Part shown: in pieces, positions 30,978 to 44,589 of the stretch | Numbering within the stretch: the first letter of the stretch is position 1 | How the letters are laid out: each line of letters starts with the position of its first letter | From: Tricharina praecox | Taxonomy: Eukaryota | Direction of reading: 5' to 3' | Length of the DNA stretch: 64,000 bases | Assembly (NCBI RefSeq): GCF_024521635.1 | Contig: NW_026250420.1 | Coordinates: forward strand, 372,001-436,000 | The notes under the pieces: model-generated | Told to the model about the DNA's origin: nothing | The model's database searches: none | The model's input: the letters and a program-made list of their open reading frames with translations, nothing else | Translations under genes and position numbers: made by a program

Positions 30978-33900
30978 TTGATCCGTTCTGTGGGTTGTGG
31001 TCGTCGTGGTCGTCGTGATCGGTCGGAAGCGTGATGAGTGCGATGTCGTCCGATCGGATCTCCCGACGAGAGCTTGGGCTTGAGGAAAGTGGTTTGATTG
31101 GCCGTTCGGGGTTGAACCGTGCCGACGGGCTGATAGCCAGCTTGGGGCCTGGCTAGATAGGTACCTGTGCCAGCTAGGTACCAGAGTATAGCCGCGCAAC
31201 GGAACGGCCTGGGTACGAGTACGAGTATGCGAGAAGCTAGACAAGTGGCCGCGTAAGTAGCAATCAATCTGGCGATTTTATGATGGACACAATTCCTGGA
31301 GTGCACACCCTTACATGCGCGAAAAAGAGTAGATGCACGAGCCATTCAGCGCGAAATTCTCACCGAACGGAACACACATTTCAGTTGCATGCCTAAGCAA
31401 GTAGTACGGAAGTAGACGAACCGTTTAAAAACAGTGACATTTTAAGAGACGAACTGTCTGAAAACAGCAACATTCTACAGCAATTTCGAACCCCTAGGCA
31501 CGCGTCCGGGGAATCATCCCTTGATACCGGCCCAGTGCGTGTACTAGGAATAGTTGACTCGAGAGATCAAATTTATTGAGTCGATACGTAAGGTTGTTGA
31601 CTATGTAAACATATCAAAAAGTCCATAGAATCGACACACCCAATTGAACAACGCCGCGCTCGTTTTGCTACATATCAGCTATCAGAACTGTCCTCGGAAA
31701 ACAACTAAAAACATAGAAATGATCGTGTAACTGTCCTGTCAGGAGAACCCCCCTCTGTATAACACCACGATCCGAGACGTTTCACTGCACAGTTTCTGTC
31801 TTACGCGTCCAAGGTTGGGAGTGCACACAATAGGTATTGACTCGGAGAGACCGAACTCATTGAGCTCACAATCAATTTCCAACCCGTGTGTTTACCGGTG
31901 CACGTTAGGTTCCGCTCTCCGTAGCCTCAGGACCACCGTGACCATATCGATGCCGCCGGACGACGAGCACTGTCGGACCAGACGACAGGAGGGTACCACC
32001 AGAGATCAGAGGTGCCATATTCACTCTCAGCACCATAGCCGAGCCTACCCAAGCCCAGTGAGAAGGTTAATCGCCGTTGCTGTTCCACGAGTTCTTCGAA
32101 ATAAGGGATGTTGGATGGACAAAGTGTAAATAATTTTTGTACTGTTTCAACCCTCGCTACCACAAAATCTCGGCGACGTGAGATTGGGTGGAGTACTGAC
32201 TCTCAAAGTTTCACCAGAGTATTTACGAGACCTTTGGTACACACTGGTGACTGCCCGATATCTGCCGTATCGAAATTAATGCTGGACGCAAGAGAGAGCG
32301 ATTTCTTAAACGGGCTTTCATGCCGCGTATGCCTCGCCGGCTACTACCGGCATTGTGCCGGATTGCGTACACCCTCGGCTCCAAAGCGAAAATTCGAGTG
32401 ATACAAAACTGTTCTGTAGCCACACCAACCACACGGTACACTTCTCTGTTCGGTGGGGTGTACAAAAAAGCTGTTTTTTCTTTTCTTCTTTTCTTCAACC
32501 GTCAGTTGCCACGATGTTGCGCCGCAGCGACTCAGCGCGTTCTATTGATTGCCGCGATTCTGTGTAGATAGGCGCTAAAATGGGCATCATGGCAACGAGT
32601 CACGACCTATTGTAGCGCACTAGGTGGGATGAATGGGACCACCAGACACATCCAGTCAGTTCAATAGGCGCGCAAGAGCAATGACTAGGCTTTATTGATA
32701 ATTGTATGCAGTAAGATGAGTGAGTGGTAATGAAGTAATTGTACTATGGAAAAAAAGTCGTGGCCATCTCATTCGTCTCAATCTGAAACCTATGGTGTTG
32801 GTTGCTTCCAGCGTCAATGACAGCTTAAACCTTTGCACCTTTATCTTCACTTCCACCACCACTGACGATGGATGTGATGAAGACGACGACCTCTTCACTT
32901 TCCACTCTTTCGGGGGACTTCTGTGATACCCTCATGCCTTCTCATTCCAAGGCTGCCGCCGAATAGAAAGCGACGAAAGAGGAAATGGGTCGAGAGGCTA
33001 TTCAAAACTGGCTGGTCCACTGCCAATAGGATTTCTGCTGTCAGGGACATACATTAGGTAATGTAGGGTAGGCGATACATCACTCGATGCAGGAACACAA
33101 GATTGAGAATAATGCTCTGGTCTTCATGAGTGGTGACGCGGAAGCCTAATTTATTTGCTCCCTCACCTACGGGAGACTGACGGGTACTACTCTAGGTAGT
33201 GGAACGTACGGCGGCACATCTCATTGCCGCTCACCGCGAACGCTCCGGAGGACTGCATGCCGGCCAGCACATACCGTAGGTACTAGCGCTTCTACTCGGG
33301 GCAGCACTCGAAGCAGTGCTCCCGCGCCCGGGTCGTATTCCGATACCGACACCGTCCACACGGGGGAAAAGCTCAGTGACGTGGTAACTAAATGCATCTC
33401 CATCTCTGACCCCCCCCCCCCCCCCTCATGCTCAAGATATGGCAGCCAATACTAAGATTTCCATCATTGAACATTGAGCAGTGAAGTTGCCGCTCGGTGA
33501 CTCGCTCAATCGGGAATGATCCGACGATGAGCCCGTAATCCTCGAGTACCGTACTATACATACCAGCCACACCTTTCGACTGTGGTGTTACAAAACGGAT
33601 GTTCGAGACCACACGTTGTCCAATCCAGACCTCTCGTTCTATATGTGTGTGGGGGGGGTGGGGTATGACACATGCAGTCCTACTTGCACGTCTAGCCCGG
33701 GCTGGGAGCCTGGGACTGGCGGCCTGAATTGCCGTTTAGGTTGGCCGATTAGTTATCCGTCATGACGACAGACACTTGGTAAATATTGAAATATCTGCAC
33801 GCTCATATGTACAGGCACAGAACGCCGACTTGTAAGCTTGCAGCCGATGACGATGAGTTGATGACTGAGAATGGTCGAAACGAGATTGATGCGAGAGGCG

Positions 33901-35024
33901 ATAGCTGTGATAGCTGTGATGGAAGCTGTGCAGAGGCATGTATGCGTAGATAGCGAATATCGGGACTGGAGCTCGAGTATACAGCTATGATTCATCGGCG
34001 AAGCAAACGTTCCTCTCCCTCTTGTCCAGCGGTTGCGGAGTACCATAGGTAGTAGGTAACCAACTCGGAACACTCCTTATGCCTTAAGGCTGCAACCCAA
34101 CTGGATAGCTTCAACGTTCTTGTCGTATGCATATCTACAGGCTACAGATCGATCTGTCCTACATATATAGGTAAGTCCTTAGGTAACGACATGCAGACTG
34201 CCATCAGGCAGGCAGGCGGGCGGGGTAGGATAACACGCCCCTCCCGACGCCTCTTGCCGTAGATTACTGGCATGGATTCATGCTTAATCCCACCTCCTCC
34301 TCCTCCGCGCCCCCATTCAGTGCACCGGCACGTTTCAAACACTCCAGCCCTGCGGCCCCGCCCGGTGGGTGGGGTGGCGCACGCCCAACGCACGTCCAAC
34401 GCCACCGGCCGATAGGTACTACTCTAGGTAGTCGAGTTGTTTCACGTTTCAACTCTATTGCAAATACTCCTTCTGAAAATGGGCGATTGCCGAGTAGGTG
34501 GAGCGTGCGGTACTGTAGGCTGTAGGCTGTAGTGCACTCTAGTTATCCACTCTGCAGGGGACATAGGTAGTAAGCGCATACGCCGGGGGTCCAGTCGGTT
34601 ACCAAGCTGTGCGCCTAATTTATAAAGTAAGTAAGCACAGAGCCGGGCGACGGGCGACGGGCGTACCTAGATGTGGCTAAGATGAGATGGTGAGGTATCT
34701 TTAGATTGACGGCGGAGTAGACTGGTGGTAGATTTGGAATTTGCAGTGGAGATGGAGGATGCGACGGAAAGTCATCGGGTATCCGGTGGGATTCACTGGA
34801 GGAGTTAAATACACGCTTGGTATCCACAATATGGTGCTCTTTTCCCCGATATCAGCATCTTCGTCTTCAGCATCTTCAGCATCTTTAGCATCTTCAGCAG
34901 CTTTACCGTCTTCTGCATTTTCACCAACTTCACCGTCAACACCGCCAACACCTTCCAGAGTTCCATCTCCATTTCCAGTCCATCTTCAGCTTTCTCTCCA
35001 GCCTAGTTCGACTCGACGTCCAAC

Positions 35025-36132
35025 ATGAAGCTCTCCTTCGTAACCATCGCCCTCTTCTCTGCCGCCGTCTCCGCCCTGCCAAACATGAACTGGCACAACG
35101 ACTGGTCCAGCCACACAACCAAGACCACTTCCACCCCGGCAGCCATCCCGAAGACCAAAACCGAGACCACCACCACGACCGTCACAGCTTACAAGACCAT
35201 CACCGCCTGTTCCTCGGGGCCAACCCCCAGCGGCGAGAAGTGGGGTAAGAAGGCGCCCAAGACGCATACCGTAAAGGTCGGCGGCCGCGACGGTGCCACT
35301 GCAATCCTGAAGTACGATCCGCCCACGGTAGATGCACACATCGGTGACACCATTGTCTTCGACTTCCTCTTCAGGAATCACACCGTCACCGAGTCGAGTT
35401 TCGACAATCCATGTGAGAAGCTGGATGGCGGGTTTGCGTCCGGGTTTCTGCCCAACTTGGTATGTTCATCGTCCACATGATATGATCGAATGGAGAGCAA
35501 AGGATGCTAACCTCGCACAGGAGAACATCCCCGGCACCGTAAACTTCACGTACTCGGTCGTCGACACCAAGCCTCACTGGGTCTACTGTGGGCAGAAGCA
35601 GCCGCAGCCGCACTGCCAGCAGGGAATGGTCTTCACGATCAACGCGCCCAAGACCGGCAACACCTTCGAAGCGTTCCTCTCTGCGGCCAAGGCGGCCCCG
35701 ACCATTCCCAGCACACCATCAGCGCCCGTCCCCGCGCAACCCAAGAAAACGCACGCAGTCGTCGTAGGCGGCAAGCCGAGTCCCTCTGCCGCGCCCGTGC
35801 TCCGCTACTCCCCCGAGACGGTCGAAGCCGCCGCGGGCGATGTAGTCGAGTTCAACTTCCGCGCCAACGCGCACACCGTGACCCAGAGCAGCTTTGAGAA
35901 CCCGTGCACGGGCATCGACGGCGGCTTCAAGACCGGCCTGCAGAACAACACCATGGACGTCGATCGCGCCATCCTCAGGGAGTTTGTCGTCCCCAAGACT
36001 GATGCCCCGTTGTGGTTCTACTGCGGCGCCCCGACCCATTGCCAAAAGGGTATGGTCTTTGCTATCAATGCGCCCACAGAGGGTGAGAGGACCTTTGAGA
36101 AGTTTCAGAAGGCGGCTATGGCGAGTGCTTAG
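35025..36132 (+). CDS. Secreted protein with two cupredoxin-like domains (extracellular serine-rich protein family; intron 35460-35520)
   Basis: Signal peptide; two copies of THxVxVGG..L.Y.P..V.A..GD.V.F.F...HTVT.SSF.NPC and W.YC...HCQ.GMVF.IN. Confidence 0.9.
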
Positions 36133-37083
36133 GAGGGGGGCGAGTCTGTTTTTTTGTTTTGTTTTGTTTGTTTGGTTAGCGGCGATGGGTTTACGGTATA
36201 GAATGTATGATTAACGGTTGCGGATGCATACTGTATGGCGGTGTTTGAGTAACTATAGATTTATCTGAAGGCATATATAATGTTTTGGACTCGGGACTCG
36301 GGACTCGAGACGCCGCAAGGCGCATGTTGTGATTCGTGACACCGAATACCGTAGTCGGGCTGTTGCACACAGGGCTGACTACCGATCCGAAACCCGTGAC
36401 TCTGAGCGAACCACGCTTCTGCTTCCGATTCGTGAGGCCCCGATACCTAGGTCGGAGAGTGATTGGGGTTGACATCACCCATGCCGAACGGCCTGCTGAC
36501 CAGCCCATTTCTTGGAAAGCCAAAAGTCAAAACGAACGTAAAACAATCTACAAATATACGTAACCATGGCAGGTAAACTTTAGGAGAAGTCGCTACTTAC
36601 GCAAGCCACCGACGAACCAACTTCCGGCCGGTGGATATAATGGCAAGGTCGGCAGCACCGGGTGGCGTAGGGGAATCGGGATTCTGGGATCGGCTTCAGC
36701 GTGGAAGCCGTGAAGCAGGAGATAGGTACCGGCTTAGAGTATCGTTCCGAGTGCCCCGGAACACCGGAGCGACTTCTCGAACACACGAGGATGATCCCGA
36801 GTAGGGTAGAACCGGCCAGAAGCCTCTGGGGAAGGCAGACGCTACGGCCTGCGGGCAGGGGGGAGTGGGCTCCGGCATGCTGGAAAGTTCGCGAGTGACA
36901 TCTCGTGTCAGTCCGTCGATCTGACGACAGACAGTGATAGCCGCCGTCCAACATCGCTCCCATGTCGAACGAGGCGGAGTGGTTGTTTTGGTTGGGTCGC
37001 GTTGCGTGCACACGAATAGGATCGTCGCAGTGTGACGTAACCGCAATCCTCACGGGTACACTAACCGTATATGGATTAGCGCT

Positions 37084-37118
37084 AGAATGTACCAGGTGCT
37101 TCGAGAGCTTTCAAGAAT
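37084..37118. promoter_or_regulatory. Heat-shock element upstream of HSP104
   Basis: In-phase GAA..TAC..GGT..TTC..GAG..TTC..GAA pentamer array; TATATTTAA at about 37210. Confidence 0.6.
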
Positions 37119-37379
37119 GACCGCGGGGCTGCGAGAAAACAGTGAACACACTCGGCAAGACCCACAGCCAGCCAGTTCGAAAGTCTCCACGAAACCCACA
37201 CAGAAACAGTATATTTAAGTTCGTCTTCCCATCTCTCTCTTCCCCTCCTTCTTCCATCTAACATACAACTCACGAAACGAAGATACGAACGATACGATAA
37301 ACGACACTCATCACGACATACCAACCTACCTTTTACCCATACATACCTAATCGCACACGAATAATTCACATCAACCATC

Positions 37380-40157
37380 ATGTCCGGCAGCATGCAACTC
37401 ACCGACAAGGCTCAGAAGGCGATTTCTGATGCTCTGGATGTCGCCACCAATTACGCCCATCCTCAACTACTCCCCATCCATCTAGCACACTCCCTCCTCA
37501 CCGGACCGCAAACGGAGGAAGCGACAGCGGGAGCACCAGCTGCATCAGGCCCACCACTATTCCGACAAGTCGTCGAGAAGGCGAACGGCGACGTCCAGAC
37601 CCTCGACCGCGCCTTCAAGAAAGCCCTCGTCCGACTACCCTCGCAAGACCCCCCACCCGACAACGTCTCGTTCGCTCCGAGTCTGAGTAAAGTCCTGCGC
37701 GAAGCCCAGAAGCTACAGAAGACACAGCGCGACTCGTTCGTGGCGCAGGACCATCTCATCAGCGCTCTCGCTCAGGACTCGGGCATCCAGAAGCTCCTCG
37801 CCGAGGCCGGAATCCCGAAGGTTTCGGTTCTCGATAGCGCCGTTCAGAGTTTGCGGGGAACGAAGCGGATCGAGAGTGCAAACGAAGAGGCCGTCGAGAG
37901 CGAGGCTTTGGGCAAGTACTGTATCGACCTGACGGAAAAGGCTCGCTCCGGCGCTCTCGACCCCGTCATCGGCAGAGATCAGGAAGTCTTAAGAGTCATT
38001 CGGATTCTGTCTCGGAGAACCAAGAACAACCCCGTCCTGATTGGTGAGCCCGGTGTCGGCAAGACCGCCGTCGTTGAGTGCCTTGCTCAGCGAATCGTCA
38101 ACGCCGATGTCCCGGCTCATCTTGCGCAGTGCAAGCTGCTCAGCTTGGACGTTGGCGCTCTGGTGGCCGGCAGTAAGTACCGTGGAGAGTTTGAGGAACG
38201 AATGAAGGCTGTTCTGAAGGAGATTGAAGACAGCAAGGAAATGATTCTTCTCTTTGTGGATGAGATGCACCTACTCATGGGGGCTGGCAGTACCGGCGAA
38301 GGAGGAATGGACTCGGCCAATATGCTCAAGCCGGCACTTGCGAGAGGACAGCTCCACTGTATCGGAGCCACTACGTTGGCCGAGTACCGGAAGTACATCG
38401 AGAAGGATGCCGCTTTCGAGCGTCGATTTCAGCAAGTCTTGGTCAAGGAACCGACCGTCCCCGAGACCATCTCCATCCTTCGTGGTCTGAAGGAGCGTTA
38501 CGAGGTCCATCACGGAGTCACCATTTCGGATAGTGCCATTGTTGCAGCCGCGACCCTCGCATCTCGCTATCTTACCGCCCGCAAACTTCCCGATTCGGCT
38601 ATCGATCTCGTCGACGAAGCGGCCTCGGCTGTCCGTGTCACTCGCGAATCGGCCCCCGAAGCTGTCGATACCCTGGAACGCAAGCACCGGCAGCTGTTGA
38701 TCGAAATCCACGCCCTCGAGCGCGAGAAGGACGATGCTTCCAAGACTCGTCTCGCCGAAGCCAAGAGGGAAGCTGCAAACATCATGGAAGAGCTGCAGCC
38801 CCTTCGCGAGCGCTACGAGGCTGAGAAGCGCCGGTCCAATGATATCCAGGAGGCGAAGAAGAAATTGGACCAGCTCACTGCGAAGGCCGAGCAAGCTGAG
38901 CGCACTGGCGATCTCATGACCGCTTCCGATCTGAAGTACTACGCCATGCCGGACCTCAGGAGACACATCAAAAAGTTGGAAGCCGAGAAGGCGGCTGGTG
39001 ATGCTGAAGCCAACAGACGAGCATTGGCGACCGGCGAGACTGCCATGCTCACGGACCTTGTCGGCCCCGACCAGATTAACGAGATTGTCGCGCGCTGGAC
39101 CGGGATCCCAGTCACCAGGCTTCGCACCACCGAGAAGGAGAAGCTTCTCAACATGGAGAAGTATCTTACCAAGTCTGTTGTAGGACAGCGCGAAGCCGTT
39201 CGTGCCGTCGCCAATGCCATCCGTCTATCTCGCAGTGGCCTCGCGAACCCGAACCAGCCGATCGCTTCATTCTTGTTCTGTGGTCCCTCGGGTACCGGTA
39301 AGACGCTTCTCACGAAGACTCTTGCCGAATTCCTGTTCGACGACCCCAAATCCATGATCCGCTTCGATATGAGCGAGTACATGGAGAAGCACTCCGTCTC
39401 CCGTCTCATCGGCGCCCCGCCTGGCTACGTCGGACACGACGCCGGTGGACAGCTCACCGAGGCCCTCCGTCGGCGCCCCTTTTCGATCCTGCTGTTCGAC
39501 GAGGTCGAGAAAGCCGCCAAGGAAGTCCTGACCGTCATGCTCCAACTCATGGACGAAGGCCGCATCACCGACTCCACCGGCCGCGTCGTCGACGGCAAGA
39601 ACACTGTGATCATCATGACCTCCAACCTGGGCTCGCAGTACATAACCCAGCGCTCCAGCTCCACAGACGGGCGCATCGATCCCACCACCAAGGAAATGGT
39701 CATGAACGCGATCCGCGGCCACTTCCTGCCGGAGTTCCTGAACCGAGTCTCGAGCGTGGTCATCTTCAACCGGCTCGCTAAGCGCGAGATCCGTACGATA
39801 GTTGACCTGCGCCTCAAGGAGATCCAGCAGCGTCTCACCTCCAACGGCCGCAACATCCAGCTCGAGGTCGACGACCGCACAAAGGACTTTATGGGCGAGG
39901 CTGGCTACTCCCCGCAGTACGGTGCTAGACCGCTGCAGAGGGTGCTTGAGCGTGAGGTCCTCAACAAGCTTGCTGTCCTGCTGCTGCGCGGAAGCATCAA
40001 GGACGGTGAGAGGGCTCGCGTCACTCTCGACGAGGCCGGACGGGTCATTGTACTTCCTAATCACCGTGTAGAGGAACTGGAGGATGATGAGATGGATTAT
40101 GATGACTACGATGAAGTCGATAGTGGAGAAATGGAAGTTGAGGAGCTTTACGATTGA
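37380..40157 (+). CDS. HSP104: Cytosolic Hsp104/ClpB disaggregase (925 aa, intronless)
   Basis: Clp-N domain; [60 protein letters not shown]; acidic tail. Confidence 0.97.
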   Translation: MSGSMQLTDKAQKAISDALDVATNYAHPQLLPIHLAHSLLTGPQTEEATAGAPAASGPPLFRQVVEKANGDVQTLDRAFKKALVRLPSQDPPPDNVSFAPSLSKVLREAQKLQKTQRDSFVAQDHLISALAQDSGIQKLLAEAGIPKVSVLDSAVQSLRGTKRIESANEEAVESEALGKYCIDLTEKARSGALDPVIGRDQEVLRVIRILSRRTKNNPVLIGEPGVGKTAVVECLAQRIVNADVPAHLAQCKLLSLDVGALVAGSKYRGEFEERMKAVLKEIEDSKEMILLFVDEMHLLMGAGSTGEGGMDSANMLKPALARGQLHCIGATTLAEYRKYIEKDAAFERRFQQVLVKEPTVPETISILRGLKERYEVHHGVTISDSAIVAAATLASRYLTARKLPDSAIDLVDEAASAVRVTRESAPEAVDTLERKHRQLLIEIHALEREKDDASKTRLAEAKREAANIMEELQPLRERYEAEKRRSNDIQEAKKKLDQLTAKAEQAERTGDLMTASDLKYYAMPDLRRHIKKLEAEKAAGDAEANRRALATGETAMLTDLVGPDQINEIVARWTGIPVTRLRTTEKEKLLNMEKYLTKSVVGQREAVRAVANAIRLSRSGLANPNQPIASFLFCGPSGTGKTLLTKTLAEFLFDDPKSMIRFDMSEYMEKHSVSRLIGAPPGYVGHDAGGQLTEALRRRPFSILLFDEVEKAAKEVLTVMLQLMDEGRITDSTGRVVDGKNTVIIMTSNLGSQYITQRSSSTDGRIDPTTKEMVMNAIRGHFLPEFLNRVSSVVIFNRLAKREIRTIVDLRLKEIQQRLTSNGRNIQLEVDDRTKDFMGEAGYSPQYGARPLQRVLEREVLNKLAVLLLRGSIKDGERARVTLDEAGRVIVLPNHRVEELEDDEMDYDDYDEVDSGEMEVEELYD

Positions 40158-41096
40158 AGGGCGAAGAAGAAGCGGAGGTTGATGTAAGGGCGGGAGGGGG
40201 GGAGAAAGTGGAAGTTGACGTAAAGGAGGCTGGATGACTTGAGGTTTTCTTTTCTTTTCTTTTCTCTACTGTTGTTTTTACAGGATAAAGGTCGTCTTTC
40301 CTTTCTTTTTCTACAGTTCTTGTACATTGCATGGTCTTTGGTTTGGGGTGCTTTTGTAGTCTGTTATTTGTAGTCTGTTGTGTGTTCCTTCTCAACTGGT
40401 TGAGTGGGGTTTGGACTCTGCCTTTGTAGCAGGTCCGATTTCGTTTCTGAGTGGTTTGACTTGTTCTGTTTCGTGAATAAAAGCATGGTGCGCTTTAGAA
40501 TGAATACTACTATACGCGCTTTACTCGATATCACTCGTGTTCTGTGATCATATCTCACTCTCGAATCTCTGTCATGACCGGACCCGGCCGAATCAATGGA
40601 ACAAGAACCGGTAAGTACATAAGCTCGCATAAGTGAGTTGAAGTTGAATGATTTTATTTTTTATGATTTTCGCAAGCCAGAGTCGCTTGCGCAGTATGTA
40701 ATCAGTTTACATTCCATCGGGGCACGCAACGCGGGGATGGGATTGCGTTTCCGAGAAGCGGCGATTTAGCGATAAAGCCTCCTCGTTTGTCAAACCGACA
40801 CCTGAAATCTGAGGGGCGCCGGGGGGGCCAGGTTGAAGGAACCGCCCGGCCGGGGGTTACATGCGCCGGGGGTACGCGGGGGTACGCGATATCGCAATCG
40901 CGGGGATGGCCGTCATCGAGCTACCAGGTATCTATCTACCCCGCCAAACGGCTAGTAGCTAGAGGTGGCATAGCTGTCATAAGTAGAGCACAGCACCCGC
41001 CTGCATCCCCCGCTTCCAACTCAATTCCTCAATCCAATCAATCCAATCTATAAACTCAATCCATCCATCTACGAACTCTACATCTCTATATCGAAT

Positions 41097-42262
41097 ATGA
41101 CAGCCCAAAGAATCGACATCGACAAAGTCCAGTCGACATTCAGCGGGATATGCATCGGCGGGCCCCCTCCCCCTCCCCCCCCCCCCCTTCCCCCTTATTC
41201 TAACCACCTTGCAGACCTAATCAGCGCCTCCCTCGGCGGCTCAATCGTGTCCTTCTCAGACGAATTCTTCGCATCAGCCTCCAACCTCATCACTCCCACC
41301 GCACCCATCCAGCGGGCCGGACACTTCATTGCGTCAGGGGCCTGGTACGACGGGTGGGAGACGCGGCGTCACAACCCGTCGACTGCAGACTGGGTCGTGA
41401 TAAAGCTGGGCGTTCCCTCCGGCGTCGTGCACGGCGTCGAGATCGACACGGCGTTCTTTTCCGGGAACCACGCGCCCGCGGTCAGTGTGCAGGGCGTGTT
41501 CCTCCCCGGTGGAATGCCGGATGAGACTACCGAGGGGAGGTGGGAAACCATTCTGGATACCCAGGAGACGGGGCCGAATCAAAGGCATGTCTGGCGCCTC
41601 GAGAGACCGGCGGAAAAGCCGGTTAGTCATGTCAGGCTGAATATGTACCCTGACGGGGGAATTGCGAGGTTTCGCTTGCTGGGTACCGTCGTCCCAGTGT
41701 GGCCGGATGATAGCGAGGCCATCGTGGATTTGGCGCATGTGGCGAATGGAGGGTTCGCGGTGAGCTGCAGCGATCAGCACTACAGCGTCAAGGATAACCT
41801 CCTACTCCCCGGGCGTGGAGAGAATATGGGCGATGGATGGGAGACGAAGAGGAGTCGCCAGCCGGAGCACGTCGACTGGGTGGTTGTTAAACTAGTATTC
41901 CCCCCTCCTCCTCCCCCCCGCTCCCCCAACTATTAAGCCCCCAACGCTGACACCCATCCCAGGGCGCCAAAGGCTACCTCGAGGAGATAATCGTGGACAC
42001 GCTACACTTCCGGGGCAACTTCCCACAGGCGGTGGAGGTATACGGGCTGAACGCGGAGACGCACGACGTGGCAGCCGACGATGCGCGCTGGGAGCTGGTG
42101 GTGCCCAAGAGCAAGTGCGCCAAGGATACCGAGCACGCGTTCTCGTCCACCATGATGCAGAATGTCGACGGCAAGGTCGTGAGCCATGTCAAGATGGTCA
42201 TCATTCCTGATGGCGGCGTTAAGAGGCTTAGGGTCTTTGGGAAGCGCGTTGTGGGGGCTTGA
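41097..42262 (+). CDS. DAL2: Allantoicase (introns: probable GC-AG 41158-41214; GT-AG 41895-41962)
   Basis: Two allantoicase repeats: SDEFFA..NL, DGWETRRHN, IDTAFFSGN, YPDGGIARFR; MGDGWETKRSR, VDTLHFRGNFP, IPDGGVKRLRVFG. Confidence 0.95.
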
Positions 42263-42863
42263 GGTCTTGTGTGTACTAGATAGTCTACGCGGGAAATGGA
42301 GTCACTGTCATCGATCAACTAGGAATGAATCCGCATCCACCACAGTCAATCAAATATATCTTCGTCGCCGTCGCGGTGGAAGATAATACCGTAGGTAATG
42401 TCGCCTTATGTAACCCCATCAAAGCGCCCATATGCAGACAGACACAACACAGCACAAGTGACTCTGATCTGATCATCAAAATCCAAAAATCCAAATCGAA
42501 GCAGCACCCAATCAATCACCGATCCGAAGCAAAAAACAGTAGACAGTAGAGCCGTAGAGTACGCATGTCGTCGTCGTCGTCGTCGCATATGATATCCAAA
42601 CCAGGCGCACAAGTAAGTACTCGAGTAAAGAGAATACATACGGTGAAAGAAGAAAGAAGAAAGAAGAAAAAGAAAAAGAAAAGAACAGCAAAGTTGAGAT
42701 GAAATGGGCAGCCAAAAGAACAAAACAAAAAAAAAAGAGGCACACCCTCACACGCCATAACACCGGTCTAATCCCAACCCAACCTAGCCTAGCCCCAACC
42801 CCAAACCCAACCCCAAATTTTCAAATCATGCCTCACAGATATGATGGTGCTCGTCCCCAATCA

Positions 42864-44589
42864 TCAACGGATCTTCAACGGCCTGTGAGCCTGCGTTGCT
42901 ACAGGAGCAGCAGCGGGCGCGGGCGCAATCTTCCTCTCACTTCCGCTCGCACGGGTAGTGGGACGGCGGCCCTTTGCCTTTCCGTCTTCATCTTCTTCTT
43001 CCCCTTCGTCCGCCTGCTCGGTGTCTTCGTCCTCGTCGTCATCTTTGATCGAGATGACCTCGTCCTCGACCCAATCGGCATCGCTGTAGTCTTCCTCCTC
43101 ATCTTCTTCCGGGACCGGAAGAGCTCCGTCCCTGATGAGCCACCAGTACTCCGTCTCGTTGGGGTTGAGGAACGTCTGCCCATTGTGGCTGTGTATGAGG
43201 AGTGCGTGATCGCACACGTAGTCTTTGGTCTTGGGGTTCTGACGATCGAACGTCGTCGCCACCCAAACGCGGACGTGTGGCTTGTTGCAGATCAGTTTTC
43301 TCAACGTGTAGTACAGACCGTCGACCTCAGCAGCGATCGAATTGTACTCCCGATCATGCGGATCCGGGAAATGGTCCTGGCACAGGCCAGGCCAGTTGTT
43401 GACGAAGTAGAGATCCAGGTTCTGTAGTCTCGTAAACGCCATTGGCTCGAGCGTGGAGCAGATGGCGACGTTGCGGAACGACAGGGACTCAAGCGTGTCC
43501 TTGTGGTAGAGCAAACGTGGGCAAAGGTGCTGCGTCTCGGGGGAGTGACGGTAGAGATTCTCAAACCGTTCTTCAAAGGGGCGCACAAAACCCATTGGAT
43601 GGTGCACTTCAAGGTGGAGCTTAGTGATCCTTTCGTGATTCGGGATCGTTGCGTTTAAAGCATCGGCCAGCAGCGCTGCGAAATAAATAGATATACATCA
43701 GCCGGGGCGCAAGGAGAAGAGGGGAGCAGGCAAACCACTACTAACCTTGCTGTGCCGCGAGAAGACCCAGCCTCTCGACCTTCAGGTCTTCGAGATCGTA
43801 ACGCATGCAGTCCAAGATATACCAACGCGGCCATCTCTGGCCAATCTCGGAATTATCCTGCCTCCACGGTAGGTTCGTCATCCAGCAAACGGCCTCTCGC
43901 GTATCTATAGACGCCGAGTTCTTGGTGCGAACTCTCTTGGGAAGTCCATCGTTGCTTGGCTGATAGCTGCCATACCACGCGTTGCGGGGCACTAGGGGGC
44001 GAATCACCGTCTTGCCCGGGATGTCGTACTCGTTTCCCGCCAACGCGCTTAGCTCGCGCGCACTGACAACGATCCGGGGTCCGCGCGCAATCATCGGCGC
44101 GATGGTTGCGCGCCAGAACGAGTTGACGGTCGATAGCTTGGTCAGGACTCGGTAACGATGCAGGAGCATGAGCATGGGCTGGTTCATGTAACGGGGGTCC
44201 TGTTGGGTGGACGCATAGTCGGGGATTTCCTCGAGCGGTGTCACCGTCAGCGCGACCAAGTCGGTGATGATGTGTTTCTGGAGTTCCGGCGAGAGCGAGT
44301 TGAAGTTTGCGCGCGGCTTGGGGAGTTGGTAGGGGGCGGCAGGCGACTCGGGGACGGGCGATGCATGGGATGAGTGTGGAGGCGTCAAGGGTGCAGGCGA
44401 GGGAGTTCGCGACGATCCATTGTCGATTCGCTGACGTTTGCGTTGATGGGATGACGATTCCGACGCAACCGACGGGCTCTTTGATGATTGCAATGACGGT
44501 GCCGGCGATACGTACGACGGCAATGGCGATTTCGACGGCTCCTTCTCTGTGGTCGGCGACGGAGTGCTTCTGGGAGTTGGGGGATGCAT
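42864..44589 (-). CDS. Hypothetical protein with a divergent F-box-like motif (intron 43676-43745)
   Basis: Two ORFs joined in frame by a GTTAGT..CTGAT..GCAG intron; Ser/Pro-rich N-terminus with RKRQR; FNSLSPELQKHII...LSTVNSFWR resembles an F-box; acidic C-terminus. Confidence 0.7.

Noticed and set aside
32445..32470. CGGTGGGGTGTACAAAAAAG resembling a Tc1/impala-type terminus
   Set aside because: No TA flank, no partner inverted repeat and no transposase remnant found
31350..34900. Short ORFs in the DUF4484-cupredoxin intergenic region
   Set aside because: No codon bias, splice pattern or motif support; a decayed pseudogene cannot be excluded
38271..40064. Antisense ORFs over HSP104
   Set aside because: Typical antisense shadow of a conserved, codon-biased gene
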